A DNA stretch of 64,000 nucleotides, taken from positions 1-64,000 of IMG/VR virus record IMGVR_UViG_2225789004_000003; one strand, 5' to 3'. A program made the translations under genes and the position numbers. A model generated the notes under the pieces. That model was given only the letters and a program-made list of their open reading frames with translations. It searched no databases and had not been told where the DNA came from. Source of the DNA: a virus. The number at the start of each line of letters is the position of its first letter. Position 1 is the stretch's first letter. This document shows, in pieces, positions 32,721 through 42,198 of this stretch.

Positions 32721-32783
32721 CTCAATAAGTAAAATATACTATAAAATAATTAAAACTACTAAACTTGCTTTAAAATTCCCTTT

Positions 32784-33377
32784 TTAAAAAATTTGTTCCC
32801 AATCAGAATTTCCAGGTTCAGATTCATTTATATCTTTTAATGACTTATAAATTTTATTATAATATATTACTATATCATCTTTATCATAAGCATCTAATTC
32901 ACAAATTGGCTTTGTCCAAATATTGTATTCTTTTATAAAGCCTAATTTTCGATATATAGCAGAAACTTCATCAGGTTTTCTGTTATTATCTGATATATGA
33001 TCTTGTATTACCTCATATAATTGTATCTCATTATATCCATTTAGTCCATATGAAATAATATTACCTATTTCATATTTTTTATTTAATTCATAAATAGGAT
33101 ATAAGTTAGCAAATTCAATCTTTTCAGAATCAGTTAAATCTTTAGATATTTTATTTAATAATATTTGAATTAAATTATAAAACTGAATTGTTATATAACC
33201 TTTTGATTGATTATTAAATAATTCATTTACTGTATTAGAATTAACATAAGATCTTTTTATTTCATATTCATATTTATTTTCAGATAATTTTATTTCTGAA
33301 GATATTTCTACTTCATATTTAATATTATCTATCATTGTTATTGGCGATATTAATTTATAATCAAATATATATTTCAT
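32784..33377 (-). CDS. Fibre accessory protein with two CBM5/12-like aromatic motifs
   Basis: YEIGNIISYG...LYEVIQDH and YDKDDIVIYYNKIYKSLKDINESEPGNSDWEQIF resemble Y..GD.V.Y.G..Y.....P.....W. Confidence 0.4.
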   Translation of the reverse strand: MKYIFDYKLISPITMIDNIKYEVEISSEIKLSENKYEYEIKRSYVNSNTVNELFNNQSKGYITIQFYNLIQILLNKISKDLTDSEKIEFANLYPIYELNKKYEIGNIISYGLNGYNEIQLYEVIQDHISDNNRKPDEVSAIYRKLGFIKEYNIWTKPICELDAYDKDDIVIYYNKIYKSLKDINESEPGNSDWEQIF

Positions 33378-33386
33378 TTTTGTTCC

Positions 33387-36300
33387 TTATGAAGTTGTAT
33401 AATTCTCACAATCTACACCATTCCAAACACCTATTTGTAAAAAATATTCTGATGCAATTGCTGGTTGTATATTCGTTCTTCTTATCATATTAGGATTAAA
33501 ACTATTTATTCCTGAAATTGTTATATTTACTGTTTCTAAAACAGAAAAACTACCAGTTGGCATAAATGCCATAACAGGGTATAAACCTATTTCATTTACA
33601 AAAGATGTTACATTTTGACCTTGTATTTTTAAACCTTGTAATATAGCTTGTGGTGTCTGATGAACATAAAATCTATAACATTTTAAAGCCTCTACACCTC
33701 TATTAGTTGGAATAAATCCTGTAAATTTATTACCCATTTCTAATTTAACTTGTGATATGACCATTCCAGTAAATGCTTTTATACTAAATTTACCATTCCG
33801 AATACACCAAAAATTTTTATTATTACTATTAGTCCAATCTAAACCATGACCACATTTATCTAGAATATCCCATACACTAAAAGATCCAGGACTCCATAAA
33901 GTAGCTTCATGAATTGTTGAAGTGAATGATTGAATATAATAAGAAGATTCTTCATTATCATCATATATTAAATCTGAATAATTAATGTCATAAGGATGAT
34001 ATTTTACTGTCATAGTTATTGGAGCATGTATACTAAATCTTGATTCAATATTTCTAACTGTAGTTTCATCCCATTGTCTTAATAGTATAGGGTGCTGTTG
34101 TAATTGTGTCATTGCAGATGGATTTTCAAGTATAGGAGTTCCTGTAGAAGTCGAAGTTTGAAATAGATGTAATCCCCTATCAAGAACACGTTGCCTCTTA
34201 TAATAATTATTAGCAGGGTAAGGAGATATATTACCTCTAAATTCCATAGACTGCCACCTATCAGCTAAACATCTCATAGTAAGAGAAGTAACACCAGTTA
34301 ATGTAGTCCCACGTTGAGCTATCCTAAAATCAGAGTTTTCTAACAAATTAGGATTACTTACAGTTGTAATTATATCACTTAGTTTATAATTACTCTCATA
34401 AATAGTTCCTTCATTTTTATTACCAACTATAATAGGTAAATTATCTATGTTTATTATAGTAAATTCAAAATTAAGAAAAGGAAAATTATTGTTAACTTCT
34501 TCATTGAATTTAAATATAGTAGGATTAAGTTGATTAACAAATTCCTGACTTTGCATATCAACCTCATTCAGCATAGTCCAACGTTGAGGATTATTAGTAT
34601 CTGAAGTTGAGCTTCCTATGCTAGAGAAACAGTTAGTAATTGAAAAATTATTATTGTTATTAGAATTTACATAGTGAAATATACCTAAAGTAGGCGTGAG
34701 TACTGATCCATCTTGATTAATATCAATAGCTACTAATCCAACATTATAACAATTAACTATATTAACAGGAACTAATATAACATTTGCACTACTCATAATT
34801 CCAGATGGACGTGAACTAGCTGTAGTGTTATAACTAATAATATTTCCTGTATTATAACAATTTTCAATTAATTGGGGATTACCAGTTCCACTTACATTTG
34901 AATAAGTTATAATACCTGCAATAGATGTTGAGTTAGCTATTAAATTTCCATGATTAGAACAATTTAATATTGAACAATCTCCACTCGAAACTATACCTCC
35001 AATGCTACCTGTAGTAACTAAAGAGCCTATAAAATTAATATGATTAGAACAATTTTCAATTAAACTATTATAGTAAGCATATCTAGTAAATGACCCATAA
35101 CCTAAATTTAATATTGTATTCCTACAGTCAACTAATCCTTTATCTAATATTAAATTTTTAATTACTCCACCTACACCTAAATCATTAAATAATACACTAA
35201 ATGATGCAGAAGTTAAATTATATCGAGTTAATATATTTTTAATTTTCTTTCCATTGCCATCAAATACACCTTCAAATCTACCGTTCAATGAAAGCCCTTC
35301 CCAACCATTACCAGAATTATAAAGAGGAGCTGATGGGTTATCTAAACTTAAATTCCAATCTGTATAATCAATATTAGCTACCATACCAATAGCTGAACCT
35401 AGGTCAATATTATTAACTAATTTATAGTAAGCTGTTAAATTATTTTTAATTAAAGTTAAGTGATACGGATGAAAGATAAGATAAGGATCAGATTGAGTAC
35501 CAGAGCCTGATATAGGTTCAACTATCCAATCAGATACAAATTCACCTTCAGGTAATATTTTATCTCCCCATCTAACATCATTAGTTATATCATCAAGATT
35601 AGCTATTACAGTTCCATTAACTACCAGTCTATTATCATTATTAACTGTAAGTCCATGGACATTATCACTAGAAGTCTTTGCTATATGGTTATCAACTTTT
35701 GTTTCTAAAGCAGTTAAATCAATATCTAAAGCATTGATTAAAGCATATAAGTTATTTATATCAGTTTGACCTAAACTAATATCAATCCAAGTTCCATTGT
35801 AATATTGTAATTTATTATTATAAAATCTAAAACCATGAATACCAGATTCGGAATTAACTAATTCATTTATATGACTAGTAACTGTATCAAAGTCAACTAT
35901 AGGATTTTCTTGATTAAATATAAGAGTTCCAGGTGATTTTTCAATGACATTACCAATTAATTGTCCATTACTCCAATTATTACCTAAAACTTGTGGAGTA
36001 GCTGATGCACTTGCATAAAATGTTAATTCTATAACATTACGAGAAGTTACTTCTTCATTTAAATTAGAATCAATTATTTTAGTAGAGTCATAAGTTGGAT
36101 TCGATTCTATATTAAATGTATTATATGAATTATTTCTTAATCCATTAATATAAACATTTCCAGACTGATAAGTAAAATAAACATCTCTATAATGACAATA
36201 AATATTCCAACCATTTACTGGAATAGAGGTTATTGACCCTAATGATATTTTTAATAAATTTGATAAAAATGATCTAAAACAATACATTGCATTATTGTTT

Positions 36301-36542
36301 ATTAAAATAAACTTGAATTCAGGTATTTCTAAACTTACATTACTACCATTTAGAATTATTTGAGAATTAACAGATCTTGATCTAAAGTAATTAGTACCTT
36401 TATTATTAATTAAATATGTAGCTATATTATTATTAATAATAGATTGAGTAATATTTAGATCAGAGCTAGATACTGCCCTATTAAATTCATAGTTTATTCT
36501 ATGAACATTCGTATTTATGTTAGTATAATCATTATATGCCAT
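33387..36542 (-). CDS. Tail fibre / receptor-binding protein with one GLUG module (1051 aa)
   Basis: Shared N-terminus (NVHRINYEFNRAVSSSDLN), SESGIHGFRFY motif and a GLUG module (GSGTQSDPYLIFHPYHL...NPQRWTMLNEVDMQSQEF). C-terminus LENSDFRIAQRG...ADRWQ is homologous to the giant-fibre C-terminus. Confidence 0.8.
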   Translation of the reverse strand: MAYNDYTNINTNVHRINYEFNRAVSSSDLNITQSIINNNIATYLINNKGTNYFRSRSVNSQIILNGSNVSLEIPEFKFILINNNAMYCFRSFLSNLLKISLGSITSIPVNGWNIYCHYRDVYFTYQSGNVYINGLRNNSYNTFNIESNPTYDSTKIIDSNLNEEVTSRNVIELTFYASASATPQVLGNNWSNGQLIGNVIEKSPGTLIFNQENPIVDFDTVTSHINELVNSESGIHGFRFYNNKLQYYNGTWIDISLGQTDINNLYALINALDIDLTALETKVDNHIAKTSSDNVHGLTVNNDNRLVVNGTVIANLDDITNDVRWGDKILPEGEFVSDWIVEPISGSGTQSDPYLIFHPYHLTLIKNNLTAYYKLVNNIDLGSAIGMVANIDYTDWNLSLDNPSAPLYNSGNGWEGLSLNGRFEGVFDGNGKKIKNILTRYNLTSASFSVLFNDLGVGGVIKNLILDKGLVDCRNTILNLGYGSFTRYAYYNSLIENCSNHINFIGSLVTTGSIGGIVSSGDCSILNCSNHGNLIANSTSIAGIITYSNVSGTGNPQLIENCYNTGNIISYNTTASSRPSGIMSSANVILVPVNIVNCYNVGLVAIDINQDGSVLTPTLGIFHYVNSNNNNNFSITNCFSSIGSSTSDTNNPQRWTMLNEVDMQSQEFVNQLNPTIFKFNEEVNNNFPFLNFEFTIINIDNLPIIVGNKNEGTIYESNYKLSDIITTVSNPNLLENSDFRIAQRGTTLTGVTSLTMRCLADRWQSMEFRGNISPYPANNYYKRQRVLDRGLHLFQTSTSTGTPILENPSAMTQLQQHPILLRQWDETTVRNIESRFSIHAPITMTVKYHPYDINYSDLIYDDNEESSYYIQSFTSTIHEATLWSPGSFSVWDILDKCGHGLDWTNSNNKNFWCIRNGKFSIKAFTGMVISQVKLEMGNKFTGFIPTNRGVEALKCYRFYVHQTPQAILQGLKIQGQNVTSFVNEIGLYPVMAFMPTGSFSVLETVNITISGINSFNPNMIRRTNIQPAIASEYFLQIGVWNGVDCENYTTS

Positions 36543-36562
36543 ATTTTAATTCCTCGAATTTA

Positions 36563-38758
36563 TTAATAAATTCTCATTATATATCTAGTTTCAAAACGTT
36601 GTCCTTTAATACTTATAGCTGAACTTGATGCTCCATTTATAGATCCTATATTTATACTTCCACCACTTATAGCAAAAATACTACCTGAAGCTAACTGTGC
36701 TCCAGTATTTCTCCCCATCCAGCCACCTGCGTTATTAGCTGAAGCATCTAACATATATGAAGATACTTGACCAGAATTCCAAGCTGGAGATACGCCGCTA
36801 GATGCAATATTAGATGAAAAATGAGTAAAATTAGAATATGTATTAGTAGGTAATACTGTTAAATTTGACAATGAAAGCCTACCAGCTATAGTATTTAAAT
36901 TAGCTTGTGTTAAAATTACATTTGCAGATGTTGGTAAATTAGCGGCAGTGAGAGTTATATTATTACTAGTTCCAACTGATATAGGATTAGTAGCAATATT
37001 ATCACTACCAGCTACATGCCTACCTACCATATTAACTAATGTAATATTTTGATTTACTCCAGCAATATTTACTGATATTGAAGTAGTTCTATCACAAACC
37101 CTGCAATCAAGTATAGGACAACCTATCACATCATGAACTGGAAGAAAACCATTATATCCTCCAGTAGATACATAAATCATAGTTACGGGAGTTGGTAACA
37201 TTTTTTCATAATATGCTTTTTTATGTCTAACTACCCACCATACAGATCCATCATGAATTTGTTGACCAATACATACTCCAGTATAAACTGCGGCATCATT
37301 AAATACCATATCAACAACTGGAAGTAATCCATTATTAGTTGTTCCAGCTACAATACATTCTATTTCAGCCCATTTAGGTAAACCTAAATCATAAACAATG
37401 TCTCCAACTTTATAAGGAGTATTAGGACTTCTTAAATATCCAAAAATAGGATGCCATACATCTGAGGTATCTTGCCAATCTAATGAATTTTGATAAAATC
37501 TAAAATCATGACTTCCATTTTCTGAAACGATTGATTCTGCAATATGTGCATTTAATTTTGTATAAGTAGATACCCATTCAGTCCCATTGTGATACATTAA
37601 ATCTAAATCAGTAGGATCAGTAGTATCTAACCAAAGTTTATGAACACCATTATTTTTAGGATTTAGAGGATCTTTATAATAAATAGATCTGTCAATATGA
37701 GTATCTTTAATATATCTTCCCATATTAGCAGTTAAGCCAGCTCTTGTATCATTATGTTCTAAATCATTAATTAAACGAGTTAAACCATTCGGATAATTAT
37801 TATACTCAATTGAATATAATTCAGTATCAGCATTATAATTTATTATAGCTAACTCAAATGGTATAGTCCAACTTGGATTAAATAGAGGAGTTTCACCATC
37901 TGGAACTGTTACAAATGTTAACTCAATTACCATTCTTGTTGAAAGTAATTGTCCTAAATTAGGTTCTAATATATTGTTAGGAACAATTTGTTCAGTTAAG
38001 ACTGGATTATTGATATTTGCTCTTAATCCATCTTTATAAACAAGGGTATCACCAGTTGGAGGAGTTAATTCTGGAAATTTTTCAACTCTACGATAATAAC
38101 CATATAATCTTGAAGTATAACTAATTCCATTATTTTGTAATACAACTTTTAAGTTATCATTACTAAAAGTTCTAAATGCTAAATTTCCATTGTCATCGTT
38201 AATCAAATATCTAAACTTATCAACTGTTAAAACATCTTGTAATTCTTCAATTTGATTAATTGTAGGATTCCAAGCTGGATTAGGATCTCCATTAGGTAAA
38301 AATTCAGGAGTATATTCAGGATTAGGTATCATTGTAGGATTACTAGTCGGTTCATCTACATAACCAGGGTCTTGTGTTAAAGCAATCCATTCAGGATTTT
38401 CAATAAAAGGTTCTTCATAATCAGGATTCGGAATAAAATTTCCAGGATCTAAAGGATCTTCTATCATTGCTGGAATGTTTGGATCAAATAATGGATTATC
38501 TATTGTTGGAGGTATATAATTAGGATTATTAACATTTTCAGGTATTAATGTTATATTATTATATCCGTCTATATCAATACTATATTCTAATATACTCGCT
38601 TGAAATGTATTAACAGCAATATTAGTTGATACATAATCAGCTACATTATTATTTATAGTAGTTTGTATTTCATTAACATCAGAAGAAGCTACAGGAGTTC
38701 TAAACTGAAGTCTTGTTTGAGCTATATTGGTATCTGTTTTTCTTTCATAACTAGGCAT
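36563..38758 (-). CDS. Tail fibre protein (731 aa) with a proline-rich spacer and a distinct C-terminal domain
   Basis: Shared N-terminal motif (TRLQFRTPVASSDVNEIQ) and SENGSHDFRFY motif. No GLUG module. Confidence 0.7.
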   Translation of the reverse strand: MPSYERKTDTNIAQTRLQFRTPVASSDVNEIQTTINNNVADYVSTNIAVNTFQASILEYSIDIDGYNNITLIPENVNNPNYIPPTIDNPLFDPNIPAMIEDPLDPGNFIPNPDYEEPFIENPEWIALTQDPGYVDEPTSNPTMIPNPEYTPEFLPNGDPNPAWNPTINQIEELQDVLTVDKFRYLINDDNGNLAFRTFSNDNLKVVLQNNGISYTSRLYGYYRRVEKFPELTPPTGDTLVYKDGLRANINNPVLTEQIVPNNILEPNLGQLLSTRMVIELTFVTVPDGETPLFNPSWTIPFELAIINYNADTELYSIEYNNYPNGLTRLINDLEHNDTRAGLTANMGRYIKDTHIDRSIYYKDPLNPKNNGVHKLWLDTTDPTDLDLMYHNGTEWVSTYTKLNAHIAESIVSENGSHDFRFYQNSLDWQDTSDVWHPIFGYLRSPNTPYKVGDIVYDLGLPKWAEIECIVAGTTNNGLLPVVDMVFNDAAVYTGVCIGQQIHDGSVWWVVRHKKAYYEKMLPTPVTMIYVSTGGYNGFLPVHDVIGCPILDCRVCDRTTSISVNIAGVNQNITLVNMVGRHVAGSDNIATNPISVGTSNNITLTAANLPTSANVILTQANLNTIAGRLSLSNLTVLPTNTYSNFTHFSSNIASSGVSPAWNSGQVSSYMLDASANNAGGWMGRNTGAQLASGSIFAISGGSINIGSINGASSSAISIKGQRFETRYIMRIY

Positions 38759-38760
38759 AG

Positions 38761-39693
38761 TTACACCGCCTTTATAAGATCGTAATCAATAATACAACTA
38801 AATGATATAATTGCATTTATCGTAAATAAAATAGTTTCAGCTAATGGATCATTTGTAGCTGTTCTCAAAGGATAATTTACTGAAGCTATTGCTAATAAAT
38901 TATAGTCCATACCATCTTCTGTTTCATAACCTAAGCCTATTTCTGTAATAGCAGGATATAGATCAGGATGTAAATTTGACAGTGAAACATCTGCTAATAC
39001 TTCAGCAACTCCACCATTTATCTCAACAACACTAGCTGGTAATACTTGCTTATGTATTAAGTTAGTTAAGTGATTAGTATTACCAGATAAATCAGGAACT
39101 CCTGTTCCAATATAGATAAACATATCTGAAATACTTTCACCAATAGGATTAATTATAATTCTTGTAATTAAATCTAAACCCCAATTAGTAATAGTATTTA
39201 ATGTAAACCTATCATCATCAACTACTTTATATCTTATGTCAACTGATTGTAAAGCATATGACTTATCAACCCTATTAGTTAATTCATCTCTTATAAATAA
39301 TTTCTGAAAATAAATATCAGGTATTATTGCTACTTCTTCATCAACTGTATCTAATGTTGCTTTATAGGTGTGTGGCTTAATAGCATTTTGTAAAAATTTA
39401 TAATTAGCAATAATTACTTTATCTGCCGTTACTCTAACTGATTCAGTATCTGATAATATTCTATCAATAGGATCTGTTTGGTGAAGTATCAACCTTCGCA
39501 TTGTTCCTACAAAATCATAAATTAAAGGAGTCATACTAGATTCTGGAGTATCTGATAATGAATATGGTGAATCTAATAAACTTTCTTTTAAATATAAAAT
39601 ATCACAAAAATCTTGTTTACCAACTAATGTTCTCAATATTTTTGCTTTACCAAAATCTGTTAAATTTCCAGGTATATCATAATTATATGGCAT
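38761..39693 (-). CDS. Baseplate/fibre-attachment protein containing a P2 gpH N-terminal-like domain
   Basis: ITEIGLGYETEDG...LLAIASVNYP...FTINAIISF resembles the gpH N-terminal (DUF3751-type) pattern. Confidence 0.4.
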   Translation of the reverse strand: MPYNYDIPGNLTDFGKAKILRTLVGKQDFCDILYLKESLLDSPYSLSDTPESSMTPLIYDFVGTMRRLILHQTDPIDRILSDTESVRVTADKVIIANYKFLQNAIKPHTYKATLDTVDEEVAIIPDIYFQKLFIRDELTNRVDKSYALQSVDIRYKVVDDDRFTLNTITNWGLDLITRIIINPIGESISDMFIYIGTGVPDLSGNTNHLTNLIHKQVLPASVVEINGGVAEVLADVSLSNLHPDLYPAITEIGLGYETEDGMDYNLLAIASVNYPLRTATNDPLAETILFTINAIISFSCIIDYDLIKAV

Positions 39694-39696
39694 ATT

Positions 39697-39963
39697 TTAG
39701 TCCTTATTCGGAAGTATTCCTGAAATTTTCTGATAAAATATATTCAATTTAGCTTTATGATTCATTTCATCAGATATTATTTCTTTTATTTCAGGTATTA
39801 ATTCATTAACTATATTTAAATCAAGCAATTCTAACTCACGCATAAAATCTGTATAGCCTTTTATAGCTTCATCTTCGTCCTGAATATTTAATTCAAGTAA
39901 ATTCAAAATATCAAATTTATCATTTATAGAATTTTCATTATTTAAATCTTCAATCAGTTTCAT
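39697..39963 (-). CDS. Small acidic protein (MKLIED N-terminus)
   Basis: Shares the 24-nt initiation region TTGAAAGGAAATTAAAATGAAACT with gene 52688..53095. Confidence 0.55.
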   Translation of the reverse strand: MKLIEDLNNENSINDKFDILNLLELNIQDEDEAIKGYTDFMRELELLDLNIVNELIPEIKEIISDEMNHKAKLNIFYQKISGILPNKD

Positions 39964-39981
39964 TTTAATTTCCTTTCAAAT

Positions 39982-40011
39982 GAAAAATTTCAATAGTAGA
40001 GACTATTGAAA
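39982..40011 (-). terminator. Rho-independent terminator or attenuator inside the late operon
   Basis: 10-bp stem TTTCAATAGT/ACTATTGAAA, 4-nt loop, then UUUUU. Confidence 0.65.
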
Positions 40012-40060
40012 TTAATTTTAGGTAATTCATATCAATAATAGCTACAAAAAGCCATTACAG

Positions 40061-40510
40061 TTAAATTTTTATATATACATGTTTCATAATACTGGCGTTC
40101 ATTGGAATAACTATCTTAGGGTGATTACCATAAGATAGTAATGTTCCAGTATTAGGAGCTATCGAGGCATTTACTCCAAATAATCCCCATTCTCTTATTG
40201 TTCCAGTAAATGCACCATTTCCTATAAGCCCTGTTACTCTTAAACAAGTTGTTGGAATAGCTGATAAAATTTCATAATCATCAGGATCAACAAATTGATA
40301 ACCTGTATCATCCTGATTAATTAATATTCTATGAGATTCACTTAATAACTGTGTAGTATTAAGATCTGGCTCTGGAACTGTTCCATCATCCCAAGTAGCA
40401 TCTCCAGAACCTATTGCTAAATACATTGGATTATTTGAATTCTGTTGAACTGCTTGTAGAAAGTGTTTACCGAAATTTACAGTATTTTGTGAGAAATACT
40501 CATCTGCCAT
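40061..40510 (-). CDS. Stand-alone P2 gpH N-terminal-like (tail-collar fibre N-domain) protein
   Basis: LAIGSGDATWDDGTVPEPDLNTTQLLSESHR and GTIREWGLFG...GTLLSYGNHP parallel P2 gpH MAVGDGGG..P...T.L..EVWR and FWMRELGLYDDAGTLIAVAN. Confidence 0.5.
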   Translation of the reverse strand: MADEYFSQNTVNFGKHFLQAVQQNSNNPMYLAIGSGDATWDDGTVPEPDLNTTQLLSESHRILINQDDTGYQFVDPDDYEILSAIPTTCLRVTGLIGNGAFTGTIREWGLFGVNASIAPNTGTLLSYGNHPKIVIPMNASIMKHVYIKI

Positions 40511-41101
40511 TTAATATCTTGACCTCTCTTGTCTGACTCTTGAATGATTAAGCCATCTAAAGTTATTTTTACCATCCTCAATTTCTAATTTTTTCAAATT
40601 AGGATCATTACCATGAATAGGATTATCTGGCATAGTTTCATTTTCAGGAATTAATTGAACTATATAATTTATTGGATTAAAATTAATTGCTGATAATCTA
40701 CCTATTAAAAATTTTTTGCCATGATCCTGATAATCATATTCTAAATCAACTTTTGTATACTTAACAGGTTGTATTTCAACTACTTTAGAATTTACACGTC
40801 TAGGACTACTCCAATCCTGTGGAATAAATCTAGGTATATAAGCTATTAATGGATAATTTTCATGATCTTGATATACCCAACCAAGTGAATTTAATAATTT
40901 CCTTTTAGGTGTTGAATCTAATGAAATCCAAACATCTATTACTTGATCAACGTTATACTTTATATCCTGTTCAAAACCTATTTCAGCATTTGATATAGAT
41001 AATGGAAAAGTTAAATGAGCCATAAATCCAAAAGCTCTAAATGATTCAGCTTGTTGAATTGATAACTCTGTATTTTCAATTAATTTAGGATTAAGATTCA
41101 T
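40511..41101 (-). CDS. Hypothetical structural protein
   Basis: ORF abutting its neighbours in the baseplate/fibre region. Confidence 0.5.
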   Translation of the reverse strand: MNLNPKLIENTELSIQQAESFRAFGFMAHLTFPLSISNAEIGFEQDIKYNVDQVIDVWISLDSTPKRKLLNSLGWVYQDHENYPLIAYIPRFIPQDWSSPRRVNSKVVEIQPVKYTKVDLEYDYQDHGKKFLIGRLSAINFNPINYIVQLIPENETMPDNPIHGNDPNLKKLEIEDGKNNFRWLNHSRVRQERSRY

Positions 41102-41574
41102 TATCTAATCAAAGTTTCCAATCTTATTGATTTACTTATAAAGTCTGAAGCTATTCTGAATGTGTTACCGTTGTAATTGACTGTTATCCAGAAAATAATA
41201 GTATATTGACTCGTATCAAAATTAGCAGTATTCCAACTAAATATTACTGTATGATTATCATTATCTAAAGATAATTGACCTGCATCAACTATTAATCCAG
41301 CAGTATCAGGAACAGTTGCCACTACAGATCCTAAAACATTTCTTATTCTAATCTCTGTATTAGCTAAATCAATATCAAAGTTATCAAAGTTTTCATCTGA
41401 TGGAAAGACTTTGACAGCTATTGGAACACGTTCACCTTTTGTAACTACAGAATTACTAGCCATATCATCAACAACCTCTGTTTTAAATAATTTCTCTATA
41501 GGATTATTTATTATAGAATCAACATCTGTTTCAGTAGTAAATAATTTTTCATAATTTAATAAAACTATATTCAT
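41101..41574 (-). CDS. Hypothetical structural protein
   Basis: ORF abutting its neighbours. Confidence 0.5.
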   Translation of the reverse strand: MNIVLLNYEKLFTTETDVDSIINNPIEKLFKTEVVDDMASNSVVTKGERVPIAVKVFPSDENFDNFDIDLANTEIRIRNVLGSVVATVPDTAGLIVDAGQLSLDNDNHTVIFSWNTANFDTSQYTIIFWITVNYNGNTFRIASDFISKSIRLETLIR

Positions 41575-41577
41575 AAA

Positions 41578-42123
41578 TTAACTAACTAATCTAATTCTTG
41601 TTAAAACAATCCAAGTAGATCCTATGGCTTTTGTTCCCATAGGTTCAACTTTACGGTTTAACATAATATAGGCAGGATTAGGAAGTAAAGTAACTGGATC
41701 AAAATAGTTAGCTATTCCCCATTCTCTCCAATCAAAATTACCTTGATCTTCTGTAAATGTTGATCTGAATAGTAATGAAACTCCTTCGATATTGCCAATT
41801 TCAGGTCTTATAATTCTAGGAAAATCATCATCCATTTTAACAAATTGTTGATTAACGCCCTGTAATTTAGATTGTAATGTATCAGTAAAATCAATAGCCA
41901 TATCAGAATTACCAATACCAACCGCAGAGCTTTCATGATTAAAAGGTAATGTAGATGCTGATCCAATAAGTCTATTCCATATATGTTGTGTTCCATCATA
42001 TGTTAATTGATTACCCTGAACAGTTAATACTTCATCAGGAATACCTTTTTTATATGATTCATTATTAAAAAACTTTTGAATTTCTAATTCAACTTTCCAC
42101 TTAATTGTTTCAGTTTTGCTCAT
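41578..42123 (-). CDS. Second stand-alone P2 gpH N-terminal-like protein
   Basis: AVGIGNSD...LQSKL and FDWREWGIANYF...TRIRLVS. First gene after late motif copy 1. Confidence 0.45.
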   Translation of the reverse strand: MSKTETIKWKVELEIQKFFNNESYKKGIPDEVLTVQGNQLTYDGTQHIWNRLIGSASTLPFNHESSAVGIGNSDMAIDFTDTLQSKLQGVNQQFVKMDDDFPRIIRPEIGNIEGVSLLFRSTFTEDQGNFDWREWGIANYFDPVTLLPNPAYIMLNRKVEPMGTKAIGSTWIVLTRIRLVS

Positions 42124-42142
42124 ATTTTTAAACCTCTTAAAT

Positions 42143-42166
42143 TTTTTCTATCTATAATTATAAACG
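42143..42166 (-). promoter_or_regulatory. Late-promoter-like motif, copy 1
   Basis: Minus strand CGTTTATAATTATAGATAGAAAAA, 19 nt upstream of ATG 42123. Confidence 0.55.
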
Positions 42167-42198
42167 ACAAAAAGTATTTATATTGAAAAATTTTCAAT

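Larger units (their letters stand above)
31395..32783 (-). mobile_element. Solo TnpB element (IS200/IS605 family, IS1341-like, no TnpA) in the fibre locus
   Basis: TnpB ORFs plus about 150 nt of downstream non-coding DNA, in an otherwise tightly packed operon. End positions are approximate. Confidence 0.65.
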
